From assembly GCA_905373475.1 (NCBI GenBank), contig CAJPTC010000003.1:24883-88882 (forward strand): a stretch of 64,000 nucleotides of DNA, read 5' to 3'. Made by a program: the position numbers and the translations under genes. Of the stretch, positions 9,145 to 16,940 are shown piece by piece (position 1 is the stretch's first letter; each line of letters opens with the position of its first letter). The stretch is from Bacteroidia bacterium (lineage in GTDB: Bacteria; Bacteroidota; Bacteroidia; Bacteroidales; CAJPTX01). The notes below the pieces were generated by a model. The model searched no databases and was not told the origin of the DNA. It saw only the letters and a list, made by a program, of their open reading frames with translations.

Positions 9145-9258
9145 ACATATTGTAGGGGCTGCAGGAGGAATAAAAGTTGTGAGCTGTGCAATTTGAATAG
9201 TTCATCACCGATTTATGTAATCGCGATACAGATTTATTCTTCTCGCATTTTGTAGCAA

Positions 9259-9297
9259 CAAAAAAACGGGAGCATCTCTACAGATCTCCCGTTTTTA
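9259..9297. terminator. Bidirectional rho-independent terminator
   Basis: AAAAAAACGGGAG(C)ATCTctacAGATCTCCCGTTTTT. The stem is flanked by an A-run and a T-run. It lies between the convergent ABC ATPase gene and the small basic-peptide gene. Confidence 0.75.
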
Positions 9298-9317
9298 TAA
9301 AGGCAGTATGTCTACCT

Positions 9318-9410
9318 CTACTTGTTCTTTTTATGACGATTCTTACGCAATCTTTTTTTGCGCTTGTGAGTCGACATCTTATGGCGCTTACGCTTCTTAC
9401 CACTTGGCAT
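9318..9410 (-). CDS. 30-aa highly basic small protein (small basic-peptide family conserved in Bacteroidota, as I recall it)
   Basis: Below the ORF-track size cutoff. The reverse strand reads ATG..TAG and encodes MPSGKKRKRHKMSTHKRKKRLRKNRHKKNK. GGAGGAACGTCGAA lies just upstream of the ATG, and the 9259..9297 terminator lies just downstream. Confidence 0.6.
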   Translation of the reverse strand: MPSGKKRKRHKMSTHKRKKRLRKNRHKKNK

Positions 9411-9500
9411 TTCGACGTTCCTCCGTATTAAAAAATGTAACTTATTCTTTTTTGTCTACCGCCTAACGAAGCGTAGCCGCTTCCTTGGGAAACGGGAGCA

Positions 9501-9809
9501 CTACTTCTTTTCTTCTTCGTTGTCATTGAGAGGGCTGCCTGCAATACGCCCCATCAGATGCTTAGAAGGCTTAAATGCGGGAATTTTGTGCGCAGGAACT
9601 ATGATGGCACAATCTTTCGAAATATTGCGGGCAAGCTTTTCTGCACGTTCCTTGATGATGAACGACCCAAAACCTCTTAAAAAAACGCTCTCGCCTTGCT
9701 CCAACGATAGTGAAACAGACTCCATAAAGCCCTCTACGCAACGGAGCACCACACTACGTTCCACGCCCGTTTTACGAGCAATCTCATTTACAACGTCAGC
9801 CTTTGTCAT
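9501..9809 (-). CDS. HU-family DNA-binding protein
   Basis: MTKADVVNEIARKTG...VFLRGFGSFIIKERAEKLARNISKDCAIIVPAHKIPAFKPSK, the classic HU/IHF fold signature, followed by an acidic C-terminal tail. Confidence 0.9.
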   Translation of the reverse strand: MTKADVVNEIARKTGVERSVVLRCVEGFMESVSLSLEQGESVFLRGFGSFIIKERAEKLARNISKDCAIIVPAHKIPAFKPSKHLMGRIAGSPLNDNEEEKK

Positions 9810-9868
9810 CGTATTTATCCTTTGTATCAGAGTTATACAAGCACTGCCTATCTGTTATACTCTCACCA

Positions 9869-9876
9869 CAAAAGTA
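9869..9876 (-). promoter_or_regulatory. Candidate -7 promoter box for the HU gene
   Basis: The reverse strand reads TACTTTTG (TAnnTTTG), about 60 nt upstream of the ATG. Confidence 0.35.
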
Positions 9877-9949
9877 GTAATTTTATTATAAACAGCGTGT
9901 TATGCGGTTGACTCTTTCAGAGAAATGCTCTTTGGGTGTATGAGCTCTG

Positions 9950-12631
9950 CTAAAATTTTACGCGGAGGGCGAGAAGCAGATGTCCTGGCATGCGGCGATA
10001 TAACGTGCTTGAATACATATTGATGTCGGCAGTGCTTTGCCACCATTCGTTCTGGCGGAGGTGTAGAAGCTTCTTACCGCGCACTGACAAATCAAAATTC
10101 CCTATCTGATAGTTCATGGTTACATCAAAATCGTACATGTCGCGCAATAGTTTTTCCTCTTGTATGAAAGAATAGTAGCCTGCCAACATCGCATTGAACT
10201 TTTTCCAACGAAAGCGCAATGAAGCACGCCCTGTTAGTTCTTCGTAGCTAGAGGTTAGGGCATCAGCTGCCGAGAGTTTGTTGTCGCTGCGTTCGTACTT
10301 GCCCTGTATACCAAAATTGAGAAGTGTGTGACGGAAGCGTGAGAAGAAGCCGATGTCTGCATTTACTAAATCGCTTGAAAGGCTCTCATCTCTTACAGTA
10401 TTGCGTTTTACACTTTCGGAGGTAGAATGTACATGAGCGGCGATTTTGGCATCAATGGGAAGCGAACCTAGCCCCTTTGTTATATTTAACGAGCCATAGA
10501 TACGGTATGACGAGCCGCCATCTATGTAGTGTAAGTAGGAAACCAGATCTTGCGTTCTTGTTATGCTCTGCGCTTTGTCGCCCTGTGTTGCGTATGCTGT
10601 GTACGCAAAAAGCATGAAGTTGTTGAAAAGGCTAACATAGCTATATTGCACATTGAATTCGTCTTGCTCTACGAAGGGTTTTTGCATGAGTGAAGGCGTG
10701 ATATATTGTCGGTAACTAATTACCCATGGAAGGCGCGAAAGTTGCTCGCTTTCGCTGAGCGTATGGGTTCGTTGTGCCGTAAAAGTGATGCTGTGGTAGG
10801 AGGTAAATTCCATCTTTAGCGAAGCCTTAGGCTCTAGATAGGCGAATGAGTTCGTGCGGAGTGTGTAAGGCGAGGTATGTAACTGGTAGTACGAAAAATA
10901 ACTCCCGAGCGTGAAACGGAAGATACTCACATTTTTCATCAGACCGAGATAAGGGTGTAGTGTATGCAAAAGCAAGGTCTCACTCGCTTGCCCCAGATCA
11001 ATTTCTTGTATAAGGCGTGTTGACTTCCCCTGATAAGCCAATTCGCCTGTAAGATATATTTGCCAAAACAGGGGGTAAATAGTGCCCACATAAGCTCGGT
11101 ATTCTGTATTTAGCTTCTCGCGTCGCGGTTGTAATCTATGCCATGTTCCTTCAAATTCATAAGAGAAGGGGAGCATTGTTGCGCTACTTAGCAAGTTGTT
11201 TCTGTTGGCGTAGTTATTGAATGCAAACTTGGCGCCGAAAAAGAGTACTCCGCGTCCCAACAGCCACTGTGCCTCGAGGTCTTCTTTAACGTCATAAGTA
11301 CGTCGTGTACTCGTACGTTGTGCATTGAGGGTACGACTGAGGTAGGCGTTCTTATAGTCCAGAATATTGTCAAGGTCGCTTACGGAAAATTTCGTATCGC
11401 TCTGTAGCGAAAATCGTCGGTTCGGCAGCCATTTGTTTGTAAGAGATTGTGAAATGAGCTGTATGTCCTTCTGTTCCGAACTTTGGTGATAGTTTGTAAA
11501 CTTCCCCGATGGGTCAAAGAAACGCTGTATACTATTCTCGAGACCAAAAGCTCGGCTGCGGTTGTAGATAGTAGAACTCTTCAGTTTGTAATGCTTGGTA
11601 GGTTTAAGTGTTGCATTGATATTGGCAAGCCCAGACGTACGTTTGTATTCATTGCTCGGAGGGTCTATGAGTTCACTCTCTTCGGGGGTGAGGCGCATCA
11701 CATTATCTCCTTTCCCTGCGAGAAGAGATTCTACGTCTGCGATTTGCATGAAGTAGTCCTCAATAGAGAAAACGGGTTCGCCCGTATTGTTGCCGTTGAG
11801 CATTGCACTGACTGAGCCTTTGGGAAGGAGCGATAGTAACGAAGCTTTTCCTTCAAATTTATTGATGATGCCCCCAGCTCCCTCAGCCGATCCATTAAGG
11901 GTTAGTTTCTTTTCCGACTTAAGGTTAAGAGCCGTCATCTTTTTGTCGCGAAACTGGGAAGCGATATCATCGTCAGCTTTATAGTTTTGTAGCAACTCTA
12001 TGGAGTTGGCAAAATCGGGCGGCAAAGTGTTTATGGCAATTCCCGATGTGGCGTTCGAGAAGATATCTTCGTTGTTCACAAGTACTTTATCTACCTCTTT
12101 GCCTTGAAAATAGACCTTTCCATTCTTATCTACGTTCATGCCAGGCATTTGGTCAATCACTTCCCCAATACTGCGCTCGTCTCCCTGAGTATAACTCTTT
12201 GGGTTATAGACAATCGTATCGCCTTTTTCGTACATGTCTGGAGCTTGAGCAATGATGACCACATCCTCCATCCCCACGTTCTCCTCTGGCAGGGTAACTG
12301 TAAGTGAGCTGGGGAAGTCGTGTTGTACAAAACGATGCAGATAGGGTACAAAACCCATAGAACGAATACTCAGCCACAATTCGGGACTAGTCTTCGCGAT
12401 TTGCTTGATTACGAACTCTCCGCTGTTATTGGTAATGGCGTAGCGAATATTCTGCGTAAGAAGACTATCGGCAGCCACTACCACCGTTGCATAAGCTATA
12501 GGGTGTTGTTTTGGGTCAAGCACCTTGCCGCGCAACGACGCGGTTTGGGCAAAAACTACTGAAGGGAGTATAAGAAATGTGATAAGAGCAACAGCTAGCC
12601 GCTGTGAAAAGCAATGTCTGAAATTCTTCAT
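9950..12631 (-). CDS. Outer-membrane beta-barrel protein with an N-terminal carboxypeptidase-regulatory-like domain and a plug-like segment (TonB-dependent-receptor-like)
   Basis: Signal peptide ...ILPSVVFAQ. A CarboxypepD_reg-like N-terminus follows (SLRGKVLDPKQHPIAYATVVV), then a plug-like stretch (GDERSIGEVIDQMPGMNVDKNGKVYFQGKEVDKVLVNNEDIF). The C-terminus is LALRVKF. The gene is followed by GLPGLI genes, a pairing I recall as typical. Confidence 0.75.
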   Translation of the reverse strand: MKNFRHCFSQRLAVALITFLILPSVVFAQTASLRGKVLDPKQHPIAYATVVVAADSLLTQNIRYAITNNSGEFVIKQIAKTSPELWLSIRSMGFVPYLHRFVQHDFPSSLTVTLPEENVGMEDVVIIAQAPDMYEKGDTIVYNPKSYTQGDERSIGEVIDQMPGMNVDKNGKVYFQGKEVDKVLVNNEDIFSNATSGIAINTLPPDFANSIELLQNYKADDDIASQFRDKKMTALNLKSEKKLTLNGSAEGAGGIINKFEGKASLLSLLPKGSVSAMLNGNNTGEPVFSIEDYFMQIADVESLLAGKGDNVMRLTPEESELIDPPSNEYKRTSGLANINATLKPTKHYKLKSSTIYNRSRAFGLENSIQRFFDPSGKFTNYHQSSEQKDIQLISQSLTNKWLPNRRFSLQSDTKFSVSDLDNILDYKNAYLSRTLNAQRTSTRRTYDVKEDLEAQWLLGRGVLFFGAKFAFNNYANRNNLLSSATMLPFSYEFEGTWHRLQPRREKLNTEYRAYVGTIYPLFWQIYLTGELAYQGKSTRLIQEIDLGQASETLLLHTLHPYLGLMKNVSIFRFTLGSYFSYYQLHTSPYTLRTNSFAYLEPKASLKMEFTSYHSITFTAQRTHTLSESEQLSRLPWVISYRQYITPSLMQKPFVEQDEFNVQYSYVSLFNNFMLFAYTAYATQGDKAQSITRTQDLVSYLHYIDGGSSYRIYGSLNITKGLGSLPIDAKIAAHVHSTSESVKRNTVRDESLSSDLVNADIGFFSRFRHTLLNFGIQGKYERSDNKLSAADALTSSYEELTGRASLRFRWKKFNAMLAGYYSFIQEEKLLRDMYDFDVTMNYQIGNFDLSVRGKKLLHLRQNEWWQSTADINMYSSTLYRRMPGHLLLALRVKF

Positions 12632-12689
12632 GGTCTCACAACAAAAATGGAAATAAAAAAGCGAGGCAGTTGCCTACCCCGCCTAAAGG

Positions 12690-13412
12690 CTACATTTTTA
12701 TGACTTGTACGCCTGGTGTACCACTAGAGCCTAGCTCCTTTAGTTTCTTGTCTCTTAGCTTGTTGAACTCTTCGCGAGAGTATATTTTACCCTTTGGTGC
12801 AAGAATTTCTACCTTCTTGGCGAGGTACTCTACAGAGGACACTGTAATAGTCTGTAGAGAGTCTTCTATTTCAAGAATCAGCCCAGGTAAGCCATTGTAA
12901 CCCGCTGGTCCTGCTTGGACAGGAAGCTCTGTGCAATACCAAGCCACGGCATAACCTTTCGCAAGTTTTGCACTCGCCTTTTTGCAACGCTTCCCTGCAA
13001 TAACCTTTTCTACATTCTCCAGCGTCCACTCGTACTGCTTTATCGAATCTTTCACCAGAAAAAGCTTATCCATAATCTTGAACAGGGCAATCTTCTCCTG
13101 TTTGCCAAAATCTATGTACAAACTACCATTTTCGCTTTTTTCAGTGGGCTGAATCTGCTGTGTAGCATCAGAACCAGTTTTAGGAGTATAGCTATACAAA
13201 TCTTTATCCAAGAAGAGCTCAAATTGCTGCCCCTTGCCCATTTGTGCTTCAAACGTTTGTTGCGCTAAGGCTCGAATATTCGGATCGGCGATCTGTTTGA
13301 TGCTCTCGGGCATTTTCATCGCTACATCGTAAGTAGCATGTAAGACCTTTGACTGTGCAAAAACGGCAAGTGTAGCAAACAAAAAGCAAGAAAAGAAAAT
13401 GAACCGTTTCAT
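12690..13412 (-). CDS. GLPGLI family protein (paralog 1)
   Basis: Signal peptide MKRFIFFSCFLFATLAVFAQ and the signature YNGLPGLILEIED. Confidence 0.85.
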   Translation of the reverse strand: MKRFIFFSCFLFATLAVFAQSKVLHATYDVAMKMPESIKQIADPNIRALAQQTFEAQMGKGQQFELFLDKDLYSYTPKTGSDATQQIQPTEKSENGSLYIDFGKQEKIALFKIMDKLFLVKDSIKQYEWTLENVEKVIAGKRCKKASAKLAKGYAVAWYCTELPVQAGPAGYNGLPGLILEIEDSLQTITVSSVEYLAKKVEILAPKGKIYSREEFNKLRDKKLKELGSSGTPGVQVIKM

Positions 13413-13510
13413 ACGCCTAAAATTTATGGTAACTCTTAATCAAATTGTCACAGCCAGATGTAAATCTACCAAGCATTAGTATCTAGATAAGTAGCGCCTT
13501 ACATAAGGCG

Positions 13511-14264
13511 TTTAGTGCTTTATCTCCCATTCTGTATCCTCGTTCGTCTCGAGGAAACGTGTAAGAGCTTCCTCCATCATCTTCTCGTATTGTTCAGGGG
13601 TTACTATTTTGCCCTTCGGAGCTAAAAGAGATTGACTCTGCGAAATATATTCAACTTTAGTTGCCGTCGTAATCTTGCTATTTATCTCTGTTTCAAGTAT
13701 AAGCCCAGGCAGTCCATATAGCCCCTCAGGACCAAAGGGAACGGCAATCTCTTTGCAAAACCATGCTATGTAGGTCTCTGTGGTATCCTTATGTGTAATC
13801 CTTGTATCATTGTAGGTGGCAGGCTTCACAGCGACCGTAAGTGTCGCCTTTGTACATTTCTTGCCAAGTATTTCCTTGGTTTCCGTCCCAATCTTCCACT
13901 GTGGCGACGCGGTTAGCTCCTCCTTTATCACTAGCGGCTTATCCGTAAACGCCTTTTGTGTAAGCCTCTCTTTAGCCTCGAGATCCAGATAGATACTTTG
14001 CACGTTCCCAAGTTTAAAAGAATTTACCCCCTCAAGAGAAGAATTTCCCTTGGCTAGTAACGGCTCAACAGACTTATCTTCGACGATCGTGTAACTAGAG
14101 CGCGTCCCGCTTTGTAGAAGCGTGCTTGTTTCACGTTGCTCAGTATGCTTTTTCAACTCCTCTTCCAACTGTTTCTTTACCTCGTCAGAATAGCCACTCA
14201 CCTCTATAGCAGCACTAATTTTAGAAACAGAAGCATAGCTTACTCGCAAGGTGCGCTGCTGTGC
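13511..14264. repeat. Direct repeat copy A (754 bp) of a 1230-bp-offset duplication
   Basis: A block-by-block comparison with 14741..15494 gives 14 mismatches, and 13828..14209 is identical. Confidence 0.95.
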
Positions 14265-14321
14265 AGAAATGACTGTGCTACACATAAATAAGAAGACCAA
14301 TAGAGTTAATCTTTTCATCAT
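13512..14321 (-). CDS. GLPGLI family protein (paralog A of a near-identical pair)
   Basis: Start moved to MMKRLTLLVFLFMCSTVISAQQ. Signature LYGLPGLILETE. Its 3' 754 bp are 98% identical to 14741..15494. Confidence 0.85.
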   Translation of the reverse strand: MMKRLTLLVFLFMCSTVISAQQRTLRVSYASVSKISAAIEVSGYSDEVKKQLEEELKKHTEQRETSTLLQSGTRSSYTIVEDKSVEPLLAKGNSSLEGVNSFKLGNVQSIYLDLEAKERLTQKAFTDKPLVIKEELTASPQWKIGTETKEILGKKCTKATLTVAVKPATYNDTRITHKDTTETYIAWFCKEIAVPFGPEGLYGLPGLILETEINSKITTATKVEYISQSQSLLAPKGKIVTPEQYEKMMEEALTRFLETNEDTEWEIKH

Positions 14322-14334
14322 TCCTAATAGTGAA

Positions 14335-14363
14335 AAATGCTGGAGAAAAAATCTCCAGCATTT
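14335..14363 (-). terminator. Rho-independent terminator after the small secreted-protein gene
   Basis: AAATGCTGGAG-aaaaaat-CTCCAGCATTT, a perfect 11-bp stem. On the reverse strand it runs into TTTTCAC. Confidence 0.65.
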
Positions 14364-14372
14364 GTACAAAAC

Positions 14373-14627
14373 TTACATGCAAGGTTCCCAATAATCTTCG
14401 TGTATTATATACACCGCAATAACCTTGCCCGTCGTTGCATCTCGGATAACAACGATCCGAGCACGACGCCCTTTGTACTTGCATTGTATCTCTGCATTTG
14501 ACAATTCTGGAGCTACAACCGTTGTTTGTTCCAAAGTTTGTAGCGAGTTCTGACTTGCTCTTGCGTCAAGAACAAACAGCATAGTAGCCACTATAAGTGA
14601 TACTACCATCAATAATCGTTTTACCAT
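14373..14627 (-). CDS. Small secreted protein of unknown function (84 aa, 2 Cys)
   Basis: Start moved to MVKRLLMVVSLIVATMLFVLDARASQ (signal peptide). The mature part is ...AEIQCKYKGRRARIVVIRDATTGKVIAVYIIHEDYWEPCM. It lies in the unique spacer between the two duplicated GLPGLI genes. Confidence 0.5.
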   Translation of the reverse strand: MVKRLLMVVSLIVATMLFVLDARASQNSLQTLEQTTVVAPELSNAEIQCKYKGRRARIVVIRDATTGKVIAVYIIHEDYWEPCM

Positions 14628-14740
14628 GACAAAACAATTTTTATTTAGAGAAGGCGAATTTTGCCCTCTCTTTCTGTTACAAATATAACCAATTTTCTGA
14701 AATCGCAAAATGCAACGCCATTTAAGTTGCAAATAAAGTT

Positions 14741-15494
14741 TTTAGTGCTTTATCTCCCATTCCGTATCCTCGTTCGTCTCGAGGAAACGTGTAAGAGCTT
14801 CCTCCATCATCTTCTCGTATTGTTCAGGGGTTACCATTTTGCCCTTCGGAGCTAAAAGAGATTGACTCTGTGAAATATACTCAACCTTAGTTGCCGTCGT
14901 AATCTTGCTATTTATCTCTGTTTCCAGTATTAGCCCAGGCAATCCATACAGCCCCTCAGAACCAAAGGGAACGGCAATCTCTTTGCAAAACCATGCTGTG
15001 TAGGTCTCTGTGGTATCCTTATGTGTAATCCTTGTGTCATTGTAGGTGGCAGGCTTTACAGCGACCGTAAGTGTCGCCTTTGTACATTTCTTGCCAAGTA
15101 TTTCCTTGGTTTCCGTCCCAATCTTCCACTGTGGCGACGCGGTTAGCTCCTCCTTTATCACTAGCGGCTTATCCGTAAACGCCTTTTGTGTAAGCCTCTC
15201 TTTAGCCTCGAGATCCAGATAGATACTTTGCACGTTCCCAAGTTTAAAAGAATTTACCCCCTCAAGAGAAGAATTTCCCTTGGCTAGTAACGGCTCAACA
15301 GACTTATCTTCGACGATCGTGTAACTAGAGCGCGTCCCGCTTTGTAGAAGCGTGCTTGTTTCACGTTGCTCAGTATGCTTTTTCAACTCCTCTTCCAACT
15401 GTTTCTTTACCTCGTCAGAATAGCCACTCACCTCTATAGTAGCACTAATTTTAGAAACAGAAGCATAGCTTACTCGCAAGGTGCGCTGCTGTGC
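14741..15494. repeat. Direct repeat copy B (754 bp)
   Basis: See copy A. The offset is exactly 1230 bp. Confidence 0.95.
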
Positions 15495-15560
15495 TGCAAC
15501 AACTACCACACACGAGAGCGCAAGAAGTAATAACCCAATCTCTTCATTGAATGCATTCAA
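14742..15560 (-). CDS. GLPGLI family protein (paralog B). The 5' end is ambiguous and possibly frameshifted.
   Basis: The body is 98% identical to paralog A. The only signal-peptide-like start (ATG 15547, MKRL) is out of frame. In-frame options are TTG 15560 or a far-upstream ATG at 15659, which adds about 38 non-signal residues. Confidence 0.7.
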   Translation of the reverse strand: MNAFNEEIGLLLLALSCVVVVAAQQRTLRVSYASVSKISATIEVSGYSDEVKKQLEEELKKHTEQRETSTLLQSGTRSSYTIVEDKSVEPLLAKGNSSLEGVNSFKLGNVQSIYLDLEAKERLTQKAFTDKPLVIKEELTASPQWKIGTETKEILGKKCTKATLTVAVKPATYNDTRITHKDTTETYTAWFCKEIAVPFGSEGLYGLPGLILETEINSKITTATKVEYISQSQSLLAPKGKMVTPEQYEKMMEEALTRFLETNEDTEWEIKH

Positions 15561-15562
15561 TG
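15545..15562. repeat. 18-bp perfect palindrome CATTGAATGCATTCAATG at the 5' end of GLPGLI paralog B
   Basis: Read directly from the sequence. It contains the out-of-frame ATG and shares CATTGA/TCAATG half-sites with the 19460..19474 palindrome. Confidence 0.9.
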
Positions 15563-15734
15563 AACTGTTTGTTATTTTCGCATCTAATTTAGCCAAATTC
15601 AACAAATTACCAATTACAACTGTCTGGAGTTGCAAAACGAAAAATTGTCGTTTGCACACCTCTGTTAAGAATTCGCTTCTAACCCTAAGCGTTTGTGCGA
15701 AGCAAGAATTTGGGTAGTAGGTTACAAAGTGAAT

Positions 15735-16802
15735 TTATTGGGTGATCGCGGAGTAGTGTAGAGCCTTTGCCACTTTGTTAATCGAGCGTAGCGCATCAGA
15801 TGAGAGTTCTAACCCCTGCTTCAAACGTTGTGTTCGTAAAAGATGCTCAGCCGCCCCAGGGATGCGAATACCTGGGGTTCCTTCGCGTCCGGGGGCGTTA
15901 CGGAAAGTATCTATCCATTCATCTACGGCTGCTCGGAACTCTGCTGCAGGACGAAAAGCATCTATACGCAATGCACCGAAAAAATGCCCCACTCCTTTTC
16001 CTACAGGGTTTGTTAAGATAGGAAGGTAAGCGAATGGCGGAGGTACAAAAGGACCGAAGTTCGCACCACTAAAGAGCGCACTAAAAATATCAACCAGAGC
16101 ACCAACACAAAACCCCTTGTGTCCGCCGTGTGCGACATCGCCGCCTAGAGGCAACATTGCGCCTCCGCGTTTAAGAGTCGCGGCATTGTTGGCAGGTTGC
16201 CCCATTGCGTCTTGTACGATAGAATTGGGTAAAGGGTGAGGCAGTTTCTCTAGTTTCCCTTGTGAGAAGGGGACAGTGGAAAAATCGAATACTAGGTGAG
16301 GGTGTTTTTGGGCAGGGAAAGCCACCGATACGGGGTTTGTACCTAACATACGTGTTGTACCGTTAATGGCTGCTACCAGTGGCTCGGAATTGGTCATAGC
16401 CACCCCTACCATATCCTTTTCAATGGCGAGCATACTGTAGTATGCCGCTACGCCGAAATGGTTACTCCCTCGTACTGCCACCCATCCTGTTCCTGCTGTA
16501 GTCGCCTTCTCTATGGCTATTTCCATTCCGCGTTTTGCCGCCAGAGGGCCGAGGGCTGCATCTGCTTCGAGTGTGGCAGTTGATGGGGTTTGGTAGAGTA
16601 CGCGCATCTCAGGTTTTAGGTTGATACGCTTTGCACGAATCAGTTCGTAGTATCGTTCAACATACACGACACCATAGGCATCCAGACCGCGTAGTTCTGC
16701 CTCGAGAATAGACTGTGTAACCACCTGTGCATCGGCAAATGAGCACCCAATGTTCACGAAAAGCCCTGTGAGGTATTCTTGTAAATAGGAGACTGAAAGC
16801 AT
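15735..16802 (-). CDS. Ldh_2 family (malate/L-lactate/ureidoglycolate-type) NAD(P)H oxidoreductase
   Basis: MLSVSYLQEYLTGLFVNIGCSFADAQVVTQSILEAELRGLDAYGV...NHFGVAAYY...GGHKGF, resembling the AllD/YbiC/Pyr2C-reductase family. An alternative start lies at 16826. Confidence 0.8.
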   Translation of the reverse strand: MLSVSYLQEYLTGLFVNIGCSFADAQVVTQSILEAELRGLDAYGVVYVERYYELIRAKRINLKPEMRVLYQTPSTATLEADAALGPLAAKRGMEIAIEKATTAGTGWVAVRGSNHFGVAAYYSMLAIEKDMVGVAMTNSEPLVAAINGTTRMLGTNPVSVAFPAQKHPHLVFDFSTVPFSQGKLEKLPHPLPNSIVQDAMGQPANNAATLKRGGAMLPLGGDVAHGGHKGFCVGALVDIFSALFSGANFGPFVPPPFAYLPILTNPVGKGVGHFFGALRIDAFRPAAEFRAAVDEWIDTFRNAPGREGTPGIRIPGAAEHLLRTQRLKQGLELSSDALRSINKVAKALHYSAITQ

Positions 16803-16856
16803 AATGCTAAGTTTCAGGAACAACAATAATTAAGCGAAGGTAGCGAGATTTGGGCT

Positions 16857-16894
16857 AAAAGAAGAAGCGCCCAGCAACTGCCGAGCGCTCCTTC
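16857..16894 (-). terminator. Terminator or attenuator between the SNF transporter and Ldh_2 genes
   Basis: The reverse strand reads GAAGGAGCGC-tcggcagttgctgg-GCGCTTCTTC followed by TTTT. The stem has one mismatch. Confidence 0.5.
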
Positions 16895-16940
16895 TCACAC
16901 TTGTAAAAGTAGGTTGCTTAATTTTTGATAGATACTTGGA

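Noticed and set aside
14742-15659. The full 305-aa track ORF for GLPGLI paralog B
   Set aside because: The first roughly 38 residues (MCKRQFFVLQLQTVVIGNLLNLAKLDAKITNSSLNAF) have no counterpart in paralog A and precede the signal-peptide core. They are probably translated intergenic DNA, so I report a shorter model and flag the ambiguity.
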